A stretch of 64,000 nt of DNA from an uncultured virus (IMG/VR IMGVR_UViG_3300030390_001258) (lineage: Duplodnaviria; Heunggongvirae; Uroviricota; Caudoviricetes): the IMG/VR virus record IMGVR_UViG_3300030390_001258; one strand, given 5' to 3'. Positions 36,414 through 47,500 of this stretch are shown here, one piece after another. The notes beneath the pieces are model-generated. The model worked only from the letters and a program-made list of their open reading frames with translations. It had not been told where the DNA came from and did no database searches. A program made the translations under genes and the position numbers. How positions within the stretch are numbered: the first letter of the stretch is position 1; each line of letters opens with the position of its first letter.

Positions 36414-37583
36414 ATGATTACAGTTAACGTTATCGACGACAAAATCTGCGGCTCTTACGGCGACACACCGTTTGCAGTGCAGTACACAGAAGACACCTAC
36501 GCATCAATGATGGCACTCGTAGATGAAGCAGATTCAGTAACAACCATGGACGACTACAAAACCATTATGAGTGCGTTTGCAGAGCTATGTGTTGTAGACT
36601 ATACTAAAACAGTAGAGTCTAAATGTGCGTACATCCATGTAAACAAGAATACGGGCGAGTTCTTCCTCAAGAGTGAAGGAGTTGTTTCTTCTATTCCTAT
36701 GCCTCAAGCATTGGTAGATAGAATATTCGAATCTATTGACAAGGGTGTATCATTCGAGCCATTGGTTAAAATGTGGATCAGATGGTTGCGTAACCCTGTA
36801 TTAGCAGAAAAAGCTAAATGTGATAAAGGAGTAGATTTCTCTAATCGCTTCTTTAACTTTGTTAATATGCAGTATGTACATCCTAAACTTAAGGAAGAGC
36901 TTATGGAAGAGCAAGGCCTTAGTGAGACAATTGCTGCTGACCGTGCTACTATGTACCAAATGAAAATTACTCGTGAGGGTCTTCTCAATGGTTACAAAGT
37001 ATCTAGAGAGGTTATGCATAAGTATGACACAGAAACAGGAGAGCAAGTAGATCGTTACGCTCGTACGTTCAATCCTGATACTGGTGAAATACAAGGAGAC
37101 GGCCTTCCGGAACATGTAGAAGACAGATTATTTGAACCTGCAATGATGGGTTCAGGTGGAGATGCATTCTTTTGTGAAGGAGACAATGGGTATGCATCTC
37201 CTCAACATTTCATTAAAGTTGGTTGTGTCCACAGATTAGCTTCTTGGGATCAAGTCAATACTAATGATTTTCAATCTTGCGTAAAAGGTCTTCATATCGG
37301 TGGCCTTAAGTATATCGCGTTCTATTCAGGTGAGATCCACAATATATTTGCGGACCCTATGCACATTGGTGCAGTACCTGATGATGTAGACGGTGCTATA
37401 CGTTGCAAGCAATACTTTGTTCATTCCTCTCTTGCAGGAGTAAATGGATCGATTTACCACAGTTCAACCTATGCAGCTATGACTGATGCCGAATGGCAAG
37501 AAATGCGGGCAGAAGCAGTAAAGGTAAAGTTAGAAAGCAAAGCTCAAGTTGACAGAGAAGTCGCTGAGCTTAATGCTTTGTAA
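36414..37583 (+). CDS. rIIB: rIIB-like protein
   Basis: Follows rIIA; ITREGLLNGYK, SCVKGLHIGG.KY and DP..IGAVP.D...RC are rIIB-like motifs. Confidence 0.75.
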   Translation: MITVNVIDDKICGSYGDTPFAVQYTEDTYASMMALVDEADSVTTMDDYKTIMSAFAELCVVDYTKTVESKCAYIHVNKNTGEFFLKSEGVVSSIPMPQALVDRIFESIDKGVSFEPLVKMWIRWLRNPVLAEKAKCDKGVDFSNRFFNFVNMQYVHPKLKEELMEEQGLSETIAADRATMYQMKITREGLLNGYKVSREVMHKYDTETGEQVDRYARTFNPDTGEIQGDGLPEHVEDRLFEPAMMGSGGDAFFCEGDNGYASPQHFIKVGCVHRLASWDQVNTNDFQSCVKGLHIGGLKYIAFYSGEIHNIFADPMHIGAVPDDVDGAIRCKQYFVHSSLAGVNGSIYHSSTYAAMTDAEWQEMRAEAVKVKLESKAQVDREVAELNAL

Positions 37584-37601
37584 CTGTGTGTTAAATTGGT
37601 T

Positions 37602-37631
37602 AATAGAGGGGCCTAGTGCCCCTTTATTTTT
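37602..37631 (+). terminator. Intrinsic terminator after rIIB
   Basis: AATAGAGGGGC-CTAGT-GCCCCTTTATT followed by a T-run. Confidence 0.7.
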
Positions 37632-37649
37632 ACTTTAAAAATAAGAAAG

Positions 37650-38402
37650 ATGAAGAAAACGGTTTTAATAGACGCGGATAGCTTAATTTATTTTGAGATG
37701 AATAAGCCCACGTTAGAAGAGGCAATAGCTGGTATTGATGATAGAATGACTACCATGCTAGCGGAAACTAAAGCTACTGATTTTGCTGGCTTTTTGACAG
37801 TAGGAAGGTGTTTTAGATATGACAGAGCAGAGACGAGAGACTATAAAGGAAACCGAAAAAAAACAGATCGACCAATCATATTTTACGCACTAAAAGAATA
37901 CTTACAACAAACTTGGAAATGTACTTATATAACTGAAGTGGAAGCGGATGATTTAGTATGTATGTATGCTGACACAGAAAATAGAACTACAGTTGTGTGC
38001 AGCCCTGATAAAGATGTTTTATATCAACTACCAGGGTCTCACTACAACTATAGAACCGCTGAGTGGGTTCATACTAGTAAACAGGACGCAGAGAAGTTTT
38101 TATGGAAACAGATGCTTATGGGTGATCCTACCGATGGTATACCTGGTATACCTAAAATAGGAGAAAAGACAGCGGCACTCTGGCTTGCCGATGTAACAAT
38201 AATTGATATGCCTGAATTTGTACTAAATAAATATATAGAAAAATTTGGTACACACGAAGGAATTCTTAAATTTACAGAGACATTCAGATTGGTCTACATC
38301 CTCAAAACCGAGGAGGATCTCGAAAGAGAAGCCGGGATCAAGCTACCAGAGCTAGTTAAACATGCAATTGAAACTAATCAACCTCCTGAGCTATGGCCGT
38401 AA
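37650..38402 (+). CDS. 5'-3' exonuclease/flap endonuclease (T7 gp6/RNase H-like)
   Basis: LIDAD, YKGNR, EADD, SPDKD, GDPTDGIPGIPKIGEKTA. Confidence 0.9.
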   Translation: MKKTVLIDADSLIYFEMNKPTLEEAIAGIDDRMTTMLAETKATDFAGFLTVGRCFRYDRAETRDYKGNRKKTDRPIIFYALKEYLQQTWKCTYITEVEADDLVCMYADTENRTTVVCSPDKDVLYQLPGSHYNYRTAEWVHTSKQDAEKFLWKQMLMGDPTDGIPGIPKIGEKTAALWLADVTIIDMPEFVLNKYIEKFGTHEGILKFTETFRLVYILKTEEDLEREAGIKLPELVKHAIETNQPPELWP

Positions 38403-39148
38403 AATGCAATAAACTAATTTATACACCTAACAACGCTTTATCATTGAGCGTTACAGGTGGAACAAATAATCTTATCCCCCGATTGAATGACGGAAAGATT
38501 GTTTCCCTCGAGAGCCCTACCCATAATATTAAGGTGGGGCTCACCTTGGAAGTACAAAGACAAAAGTATAAGGTAAATCTTATTGAAGCAAAGATAATAA
38601 ATGGTAAAACCATGTACGTCTTATCTACAGCTAAGAGAACTAAAGCTTCTACTTTTTTGTTACCTATGCTGTATGGCAGTAGAGTAACATTCTTTTGGGA
38701 TAAATTGTTTATGAATTGTTTTATTGCAACAGAAACGGATAGTTATTGCATTGCATTACTTTATAGATGGTCTGGTGACCCTCAGTTTATTCAGTTTGAG
38801 AAAACACTTAGTGAGTTTCCAAACTTTAGAAAAACGTACGATCCAGATACACAAACAGTTATGTTCATATTTGATATTCCACATAGACACGAAGACAATT
38901 ACAGAACTCTCTTATCAGGAGGGTACTCTAAATTATCCCAAGATTATAAAAAGGATATATTATTGTTTCACGGTCTTACGCCGCAAAGCGAAATTGGGCA
39001 AATATTGTATAAAGATGAAAAGAGGCGTCAACGTTTAAGCTTTAAGCTTGGATTGCAGCTAAATAAAGATGCAGAGTTGTTAAGTATAATTGACTATGAA
39101 CAAGAAACATTTAACTCAGAAATATACCGATGTCAAAAGAATTTGTAA
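38393..39148 (+). CDS. Hypothetical protein
   Basis: 251 aa ORF overlapping both neighbours. Confidence 0.55.
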   Translation: MAVKCNKLIYTPNNALSLSVTGGTNNLIPRLNDGKIVSLESPTHNIKVGLTLEVQRQKYKVNLIEAKIINGKTMYVLSTAKRTKASTFLLPMLYGSRVTFFWDKLFMNCFIATETDSYCIALLYRWSGDPQFIQFEKTLSEFPNFRKTYDPDTQTVMFIFDIPHRHEDNYRTLLSGGYSKLSQDYKKDILLFHGLTPQSEIGQILYKDEKRRQRLSFKLGLQLNKDAELLSIIDYEQETFNSEIYRCQKNL

Positions 39149-39552
39149 AATACAAATATGATATTGTTTCACAGAAAACAGTACCATTCAAAGATACAAC
39201 AGAAATGATAAGAAGATCTCCAGAATGGCCTGATGAAGATGAAACTAAGCCTAAGTATGCAGACAGAGACAATGGGGGGAAATTAGAATGGGATCAAGTT
39301 GATTTCGAATCTCTTGAACCCCTTGTTGAAGTCTTGATGTTTGGCGAAACTAAATATTCTAGAGATAATTGGAAAAAAGGGCAACTTATAACTGAGTTAT
39401 TAGGGAGCCTGCTTAGACATATTATCGCCTTTCAAAAAGGAGAAGATTTAGATTCTGAGAGCGGTAAATCGCACATTGGTCATGCTATGTGTAATTTAAT
39501 GTTTATTCAATATGTTTTAAAAAATCACAAACAGTTTGATAATAGAAAATAG
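39130..39552 (+). CDS. dATP/dGTP diphosphohydrolase (DUF5664-like)
   Basis: GKLEWD...VLMFGETKYSRDNWKKG...SLLRH...DSESGKSHIGHAMCNLMF. Confidence 0.8.
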   Translation: MSKEFVKYKYDIVSQKTVPFKDTTEMIRRSPEWPDEDETKPKYADRDNGGKLEWDQVDFESLEPLVEVLMFGETKYSRDNWKKGQLITELLGSLLRHIIAFQKGEDLDSESGKSHIGHAMCNLMFIQYVLKNHKQFDNRK

Positions 39553-39574
39553 GGGGCTCATTGCCCCCTTTTTT
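39551..39574. terminator. Terminator between the convergent replication and cargo modules (possibly bidirectional)
   Basis: AGGGGGC-TCATT-GCCCCCT with TTTTT downstream and AAAAT upstream. Confidence 0.75.
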
Positions 39575-39587
39575 GCTGTTGGTTGTC

Positions 39588-42500
39588 TTAGGTTTTAGAT
39601 GCTTTGTATTGTGGGTAAATTTCCATAGCTTTTGCTAATGCACCTAAACCAGGAGCTAATTTAAATGTGTAATACCCTGCTTCTATACGGTCATCAGTTT
39701 CAATACCTTGTTTTCCGGTAAGTCTATCTCCAAGCTCATCTGCACTATTATTTAAAAGCTTAATACCATCTTGAACTAACCCAAGTAAAGGTATACCTGT
39801 AGATCGTGGCCCTACAAATTCCGTTGGATCCCAAAATACAGCCGTTTCTCTGTAAACTCTATTAAGAATATTATATGTTTTTCTTCCTAGCCAGCTTTGA
39901 CGTATATCAATTTTACCATCGTCGTCCCAATCCCCGCCTAATCCCATAACAACTAGTCCTAATAAAATAACTGCTCTTAATTCTGATAAAGTACCTTTAA
40001 GATTCCCTCGTTTCATTTCTAAAAACTTTTGGAATGCAGCTTCTCTTTTTGCTGGATCTCCTTTAAAATCAAAATCTGCGTCCTCAGTTCTATCAGCTAA
40101 AAACAATTCAAACTCTTGTTGAGCTTTTCCTTCTTTTATGGAATGCGCATTAGTTAAACCAAAAGTACTAATATCTAATGCTATTTTACCTATATCAACT
40201 AAAGTAGCACCTAAGTACTCTGTCATAGCAAACTCTGCTTTAATTAAATCGCCCATATTATCAAACTCCGAGTCAGGCCCAAAATTTCCAAAGAAACCTT
40301 TCCAAGTACCTTGATCAAAATGCTCTAAAATATGGTCATACCTTGTTATACCAAACCGCTCTAACGCTAACCCTGGTAACCAAGATCTATAATGCAGGAA
40401 GAATCTATTAATAAGTTTCATTCCAGCAGTATTAATTGCTTCAGGAGAAGCAGTACCTTTAATTTTATTACTTATAATACTATGACGAGCTCTCATACTA
40501 TTAAAAGAATTGTCTGTTTCATTAGGAACTTTAACAAAATATTTATTTTGTGCCCCACTAAAAGTATACTTTTCATTATCTGTGACTTCCATTGAGTCAA
40601 AAATAGATTTAGTGCCATCTGGTAATTCAGACAATCTTTTTAAGTTTCCTTCAAGGTCTATACCATGATTTTTAGACATAGCTACAGCTAAGACAGTATC
40701 TACTTGTAAATCTGCTTGTGCTAAGAATTCAAACCAGCGATCGCCAGTCATAAACTTTGCACGGTAATTACTAGATAACATTTCTCCTTTACGTTTAGAT
40801 ACATCTAATACAGCTAGTTGGAAATGCTCCATTACAGCTCTAACTTTAGGATCTCTTTTTATGATTGCCGCTTCCGCTTCTAATACCTGCTTGTTGTTAA
40901 AATGTAAACCTTTAGATCCTTGAATATGCACACCTATAACACCGGCTATACCAGCACCTACTGCTACAGGTACTTTTAAACCAAGAGCTCCTACAGATGC
41001 GTAGTTCTTTAAAGTTAATCCAGTTTTTATTGCACTAATATCTTTACCTATAATAACATCTTTATCTTTTAAAGATCTACCATATAAAGCGTTATCTACA
41101 ACATCAGTAAAATTTTGTGCGTTAGTTTGTGCTGTATTGAATACATCGTGTACCTGCCCAAAGGCTTTTTTTACTGCCGCCCCTTTACTATCTTCTGCTA
41201 TCTCATTTATAAGACCTTCTTGCAGTATCAGCTCTATAAGTAGTAGCTCATCTTCAACTTCTCTTTTCATTTCATATTCAAAAGAAGATTGCCCTAGTAA
41301 ATACAGGGATCTGCTTAACTCGGTAGATTTTAATTGAGGAGTAACTTTATCATTACCAAACTCATCTTGTTCTGTAAGCGGAGTAGTAAATATGCGAGGG
41401 ATATGTCTAATAGGATTTCCTTTATCGTCTATCATACCAAATTGGTTTACATCATGCCCTTTAGCTTTAAACCTATCTGATATAGATGCTTTAAATGAAT
41501 CTAACTTGTTGCTAGATTCTAACACAGCGTCTATAGAAGATTTATTGACCCACGCTACATAAGTATTACCTAGATTTTTACCAAATTTATCTCCAAACTC
41601 TTTTACTTTATTAACATGGAAATCATAATAAGATTTTAATCTTGAATCACTTTGAATTTCTTTAAATTCATCTGTAACATACTCTTGAGTAGTTTCTTCA
41701 TTGATGTTTAGCCAGTATTTACCTGCGTCTAACCATGCTTGGTTACTATTTATTAAATCGTACCTCTTATTCCATTTAAGTTTTGCAGCTTTTATACCTG
41801 CTTTGTTTGTGGGACCAAAATGCTGTTCTATACGATTATATTCGCGTTTTTGCCATTCAGGAAAATCTCTGTTAAATCTTTCTAAATTTATATTGTGGTG
41901 TTTTTTCATCCACAAATGATCACCTTTATCTATACGATCGTTTTTTATATCATAAAACTCTGTTTTATATTTAGAGTATAAGTTATGGCTATCAGAATTT
42001 AATATTTTTTTCTCGTACACTTCTCGCAATGTCATGCCATTTTCTTCAGCGTACTCTTTAAGTAACTCATCTTGAGCTTCTATTTCTGCTAACAGCTTAG
42101 CTTCAAACTTAATTTTAGCCCCATTAGCTTTATTCATAACATTTGTTACATACCTACTGTAAGGATTAGATTGTTGAGATACATTTATATAAGAATTAAC
42201 TTTAGATTGAATTCTATTGTATCTAAAATTATTGATTCCTTTTTCTTTAGCTCTAATATCCATACGGTCTACCATATCTTCTTCTAGAGCTTTAATAGTT
42301 GTACCTATAACAAACGAAGCACTTTCTAACTTTTTAAGTAATTCTTTACTATTTTTAGTGTTAGATTTTTTAATTTTATTAGAAACATCGTTTAATGTTG
42401 TGTAAGCTTCAAAATGTATTAATTCTCTGTAAACCTCTCTCAGTTGTTTTTCTGACAAATATTTAGGATTTAAAACTTGCTCCCCATTTTTAGTGATAAG

Positions 42501-44564
42501 CTCTTCATGTAGCCCAATACCAGCTTCTGCTACACGAACTATTTTAAAAATATTTGTTAGTCCTACACTAATATCTTTATTGTGTTGAAGAGCTCTAATC
42601 ATAGTAAGAGATTCATTAACAACTTCATCTAATGCAGCTCTTTGTGCGAAAGGGGCGTTTTTACGTTCTACTACAAGCTTCTTATACCTGCGCATTTCTG
42701 CTTCTATAAGTTTATTAACTTGTTTGTCGTCTGTAGTTTCTTGAGCTACAGGTATAGGACGTAGCCAATCTAATGTGGTACCATCTAAAGCTTCTTCTTG
42801 ATTTTTAGCTTCTTTTGTTGATAAGATAGAAGGATCTACATACGCCTCTAAAGCGGTTAGTGAGTTAGATAACCGGCCATCTTTTGATTCGTATCGAACC
42901 GCTACTGGTACTATCCGGGATTGTCGAACTCTTGTTACACCATACTTAGATAACAGTGCATCTTTATAATGCCCAATTTGTGAATCATACCCTTCTAAAC
43001 TAGCAGCAAACATGTCGCCAGTAATAGTTAGTCTTCCTCTACTTTCTCTAGAGTACTGAGCGTTAGAGCTTTTAAATTTATAATCATAAATAGAAGCAGA
43101 GCCGTCGCTATATAATACTAACATATCAATAGTACCCCCAACCTGGTTTTTCTCATCAGCAATAAATTGCTCTTTACGTATTATATATTTACCTTTTGTA
43201 CCATTTTGTTTATTTATGTCTTTTTGTTGTTGATCAATTGTCTTTTTTAAAGACTTCATAGCTAAGCTTAACCTATTAACATGTTCAGCTTTCATCATAC
43301 TACCTACACCTTGAATAATAGCATTAATACTGCCTTTACCATCAAAATGAAAATCAATCAACTGCTCCATAATCAAGTGACCCTTAGTACCCATAGCCAT
43401 ACGAATATTTTGATTATGCATATCTAACTCTTTTTCAGAGTCATTTCTATAACCTCTAAACATTTGCTTAAATAGCTGTGAAGTTCTATCTGACCCACGG
43501 AATTTTAACTCTTTTCCTTTATATGGACCAGCAATAGCTACGTATCTATTTACTGTAGGATCATCTCCGGCTATCTTTTTCCAGTACCTTTTTAGATCAT
43601 CTTTAGTAACTTGATCTATTGTTATTTCCTTGTTCTCATAATTTTTAGAATCTTCGTCTAATTGCTCGAGTATACTTTTACTTAAATCTTCTTGATAAAA
43701 TACTCCACTTACTTCTATTCCTGCAGGATCGCTTTTCATTACATTTTGCAAACTACGATTTACAACTCCAAGCGCTGCTTCAGCAAAAGGATCTGTTTGT
43801 GTTTGTCCAAACATTTTTGATATAAATTTTAGAGCTCTTTCCCACCACCTGGCTAGTCTCGATACTTTCTCTTTACTTTCAGTTGCCACATCTCCGTTAA
43901 TAAGATGTTTTGTTATTATTTTGGCTATCGCTTCTCTTTTAAGTAAATCTATATCTCCGTTGTACTTTTTATAATAAAAGCCATTTGGATTAGCAACTTC
44001 TTTATATTCACTGTAGTCTTGCACCATATTGTACATTGACTTAAATAAAGGATTTCCGTCGGCTCTTAATACTTCTACAATAAAGTGAACTGTTTCTTCA
44101 GTTAACGTAGACATATCTGCCTTACCGGCCACTAGCTGCACTGTTCTATTAGAAAGATCGGCCAATCCTGTAGCATTCATAGCCTCACCTCTATCATTTG
44201 TTAAAGTATCAACTGTTTCTACTTTTACGCCAATTTTATCTAGAAAATAAAATAGATCGTTACTTAACTGTTGGTTAGCTTCAGAAAATTTTAGCTCTTT
44301 ACTTATATTATTCCATTTGTCAAAATTATCGTTAACATCCATTAAGACATTTTGTACAATGTTATTTATTAGAGCAGGCTCTTGTAAAATACCAATACTT
44401 GCCGCGTCGTTAGTTGCTTTAAGGTAAGCTGCATAAGCAAGATCTTCATTTCTACCATCGTTAATCAAAGAATTCATTTCTTTAAACAAAGGAGATTCTT
44501 GGCCGTACCGTGTTTTTACAGTTTCTATTTTACCTTCAGTACTTCTTTCTATTCTACACGACAT
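39588..44564 (-). CDS. Giant virion cargo protein (vRNAP partner) with a degenerate zincin-like motif and a PD-(D/E)xK nuclease-like domain
   Basis: 1658 aa next to the vRNAP; TLTEETVHF; GTKGH...EQFI...GGTIDML...SIYDYK. Confidence 0.7.
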   Translation of the reverse strand: MSCRIERSTEGKIETVKTRYGQESPLFKEMNSLINDGRNEDLAYAAYLKATNDAASIGILQEPALINNIVQNVLMDVNDNFDKWNNISKELKFSEANQQLSNDLFYFLDKIGVKVETVDTLTNDRGEAMNATGLADLSNRTVQLVAGKADMSTLTEETVHFIVEVLRADGNPLFKSMYNMVQDYSEYKEVANPNGFYYKKYNGDIDLLKREAIAKIITKHLINGDVATESKEKVSRLARWWERALKFISKMFGQTQTDPFAEAALGVVNRSLQNVMKSDPAGIEVSGVFYQEDLSKSILEQLDEDSKNYENKEITIDQVTKDDLKRYWKKIAGDDPTVNRYVAIAGPYKGKELKFRGSDRTSQLFKQMFRGYRNDSEKELDMHNQNIRMAMGTKGHLIMEQLIDFHFDGKGSINAIIQGVGSMMKAEHVNRLSLAMKSLKKTIDQQQKDINKQNGTKGKYIIRKEQFIADEKNQVGGTIDMLVLYSDGSASIYDYKFKSSNAQYSRESRGRLTITGDMFAASLEGYDSQIGHYKDALLSKYGVTRVRQSRIVPVAVRYESKDGRLSNSLTALEAYVDPSILSTKEAKNQEEALDGTTLDWLRPIPVAQETTDDKQVNKLIEAEMRRYKKLVVERKNAPFAQRAALDEVVNESLTMIRALQHNKDISVGLTNIFKIVRVAEAGIGLHEELITKNGEQVLNPKYLSEKQLREVYRELIHFEAYTTLNDVSNKIKKSNTKNSKELLKKLESASFVIGTTIKALEEDMVDRMDIRAKEKGINNFRYNRIQSKVNSYINVSQQSNPYSRYVTNVMNKANGAKIKFEAKLLAEIEAQDELLKEYAEENGMTLREVYEKKILNSDSHNLYSKYKTEFYDIKNDRIDKGDHLWMKKHHNINLERFNRDFPEWQKREYNRIEQHFGPTNKAGIKAAKLKWNKRYDLINSNQAWLDAGKYWLNINEETTQEYVTDEFKEIQSDSRLKSYYDFHVNKVKEFGDKFGKNLGNTYVAWVNKSSIDAVLESSNKLDSFKASISDRFKAKGHDVNQFGMIDDKGNPIRHIPRIFTTPLTEQDEFGNDKVTPQLKSTELSRSLYLLGQSSFEYEMKREVEDELLLIELILQEGLINEIAEDSKGAAVKKAFGQVHDVFNTAQTNAQNFTDVVDNALYGRSLKDKDVIIGKDISAIKTGLTLKNYASVGALGLKVPVAVGAGIAGVIGVHIQGSKGLHFNNKQVLEAEAAIIKRDPKVRAVMEHFQLAVLDVSKRKGEMLSSNYRAKFMTGDRWFEFLAQADLQVDTVLAVAMSKNHGIDLEGNLKRLSELPDGTKSIFDSMEVTDNEKYTFSGAQNKYFVKVPNETDNSFNSMRARHSIISNKIKGTASPEAINTAGMKLINRFFLHYRSWLPGLALERFGITRYDHILEHFDQGTWKGFFGNFGPDSEFDNMGDLIKAEFAMTEYLGATLVDIGKIALDISTFGLTNAHSIKEGKAQQEFELFLADRTEDADFDFKGDPAKREAAFQKFLEMKRGNLKGTLSELRAVILLGLVVMGLGGDWDDDGKIDIRQSWLGRKTYNILNRVYRETAVFWDPTEFVGPRSTGIPLLGLVQDGIKLLNNSADELGDRLTGKQGIETDDRIEAGYYTFKLAPGLGALAKAMEIYPQYKASKT

Positions 44565-44567
44565 AAT

Positions 44568-47500
44568 TTAACAATTTGATTCTTTTTTAATTTGGAATAA
44601 AGTATCATTTACATTTCCATCATTCTCATCTTCCCTTGGCTCAGCCTCTTTAAATGTTTCAGTTCCTACTGATATTACTTCAATCTTAGACAAATATAAC
44701 GCATTTTTACCAGATACAAAGCCTTTATATTGGGGGGAGTTTTTCATACCTGCTAAGCTTTCGTAACCTAGCATTGATGCTAACTGCTCTTTAGACAATT
44801 TAGTTTCTCCTGCCGTTTTTAAAACTTCAGGATTTTTTAGCATTTGTGTTAACGTCCCTAAACCATTATTAAATTTTGTAATTTTTAAAGTAGTACCATC
44901 GCTTAACATATAGATACCAGAAGGCCGAACGTTTCTATCTGCGCTTAAAATTTTATACCCTGCAGTAATTTTTTGTGCTTGTGCAGGCCCAGCCTTATAT
45001 TCACCTTCAACTTTAGCTATCCTATTGGTTAAGTACATACTAGCAGAATCTGTAGCTTCAATTGCTTTACCTCGTATTCCTTTTTTAGCGGAAAGCTGCC
45101 ATTCAGATTCTCTATCTGCTCGCATGTAATGAGCTGACCCAGCTGGAGATGTCAAGGTTAAAGAATTTTGTTTAATATTAGGAAATGTTTTAGCTTCAAT
45201 ACTATTTTTTCCAATAGAAGAATAATTTGTACCTGAACTTCCCGCGTAATTTATTTTAGTGATAACTCTGTTATCCCAATTAGCGTCGTAGAAGTTTTTC
45301 CACATATTATTTAATTCATTATTGTTATTGTTTCTACCTGCAAATGCAGTAAACGCAGATTTAGTTATTGGTAACACATCTTCTGCAGGTATAATGCTGT
45401 AGAATGCATTAGGATTAAAGTCTACTCCTGATTGTAACATACTAAAATAAATAAGATCTCTATAAATAGCAGGTTGAGACCTCTTAAGTTCTCTCATTTC
45501 ATCTGCTACTATATCTACATCTAAAGTGTCCATAACACTTTTACGTAATTTTAAATTATCTGATGTAAATTCTACCGCTCCTTGGACATAACTGTCCAGT
45601 ATTGGTAAAAATGCATCTAAAGCTAAATTTGTAAGTTCCCGGCTATCCTGTAAAGCTTTTATACGTCTCGGTAAGCTGTTCTCTCCTTGCATTAAAGAAT
45701 ACCTCTTATCTGCAATAGTTTCATTTCCATTAACTACTACTCCTTGGATTAAGGAAGCAGTAACAAAATTATCAAACTTATTTAGAGTGTAGATAACGTC
45801 ATCTTTACGAATACCAGCATCTATAAGACTTATAGCTTTTTGTACAAAGAACTCTCTAAGCATTGAATTGCTGTTTTTAAGATCTACTTGTCCTAGTAAC
45901 TCGTTAGACGCAAATAAAGCATCTCTATTGTATTTTAACATGCTTGTAGGAGTTGTGACTAAAAGCATTGGATTAGTGAATTTGTCTTCTACTTGCACTA
46001 CTCTTTCCATAGCTTCCATGTAAACATTTTCACTACCATTCTTTAATTTAACTTTATCGTAAGAATGAATTTCTTGCAACTTACGTAACTCGTCTGCATA
46101 TTCTTTATAGCGTAAAAAATCTGTTAATATAGCTTTTTGCCTTTTCTTATCATTAGTCTCAAGCTGCATTCCTTCTTCTTCAGATTTTAATTTCTTCCCA
46201 ACCATTGATTTAAGTTGTGCTAGAGTAAACTGGTGAGGACCTCCCGTAGGGCTTTGCATTTCGGTGTTTCCGTACTTCTTACCGTTAGATAAATCTTTTA
46301 TTATATCTTCATCACTTAAATAAGTGTTTCTACCTCTAGATGCTCGAAGAGCTACACTCTGATTTAAGCTTTTCATCCGTAAAAAATCGCTAATAATTGG
46401 CTGAGACATAAAATACAATACCTCTTCTAATGGTAATCCAGCTCTAAGTAGTACCATATGTACAGCTGCAGCATCTTTACCTGCATTTACATACATCACA
46501 AATGGGTCTTTTTCACCATCCACGTATCCTGTTACATATTGCTGCATTTCCGAATTAATTGCTCTTTTAGAATTATGAGAGTACACCTTAGATAAAGATG
46601 GTGCTCCAATTTTAGACATGTTTGCAAAGTTAAAAGTGTGATCTTTGTTAAACTCTAACCCTGTTTTTTGAACCTTAATTGCATGCGTCATACTTGTAGC
46701 TACAATACCTGTACCGCCTAATGTTTGATACATTGTACGAGTAAGCTCAATAATATTTTTAAATGATAACTCATCTAAAAGATTTTTAGGCTTTTCTTCT
46801 AATACTTCTGCATTTGGGTCTACATACTTATCTGGATTTACCAAAGCATCTATTCTGTATGCTAATGATTTTAATCCGTGCGCTCCTACTGGTGTAATTA
46901 GCTGATCAAAACTTAAAGGATGCCTAAGCACGTCTTTCATAAAAAACTGTAACTCATTTTGTAAATAAGCTTTTGTTTCTTTTTCTTGTTGTGGTAACTC
47001 TTGAAAGCCCTGCATCTCAACTTGCTCATCAATGTTAGCTAGCGCTTCATTTAGCGCAAATCTAAATCCTATAAGACCATCTCTGTTAAAATCTTGGCCT
47101 GCAAATAATCCTTCAGGAGTATTTAGTAATTGAGTATTTATATCTTTATAAATATTTTCAATTTGTTTAGAGATCTCTCTCTTATCTAATGTGCTTTCCG
47201 ACGCTTCTATATCTTCTTTAAGCTGCTCTATTTTTTCTTTTCTAGCTTTTATAACAGGATGCTTAGCAAACGTTTTTAAAAAGTCATTAGTTATTTTTTT
47301 ATTTCTATAAAGACCGTCAAGTTCTTGAATTAAACTTATTGCTTTATTTGGGTCAAACAATGTTAATATTACATTTTTGTACCCCCCAAGATCTCTAATT
47401 CTTAGATCTGAAGCTTTAGTAATACTAGGCTCTACAACTAATTTACCATCAACAAATCTTGTGTTAGGTATATATAAAGTCAATTTATCAATATCATAAT

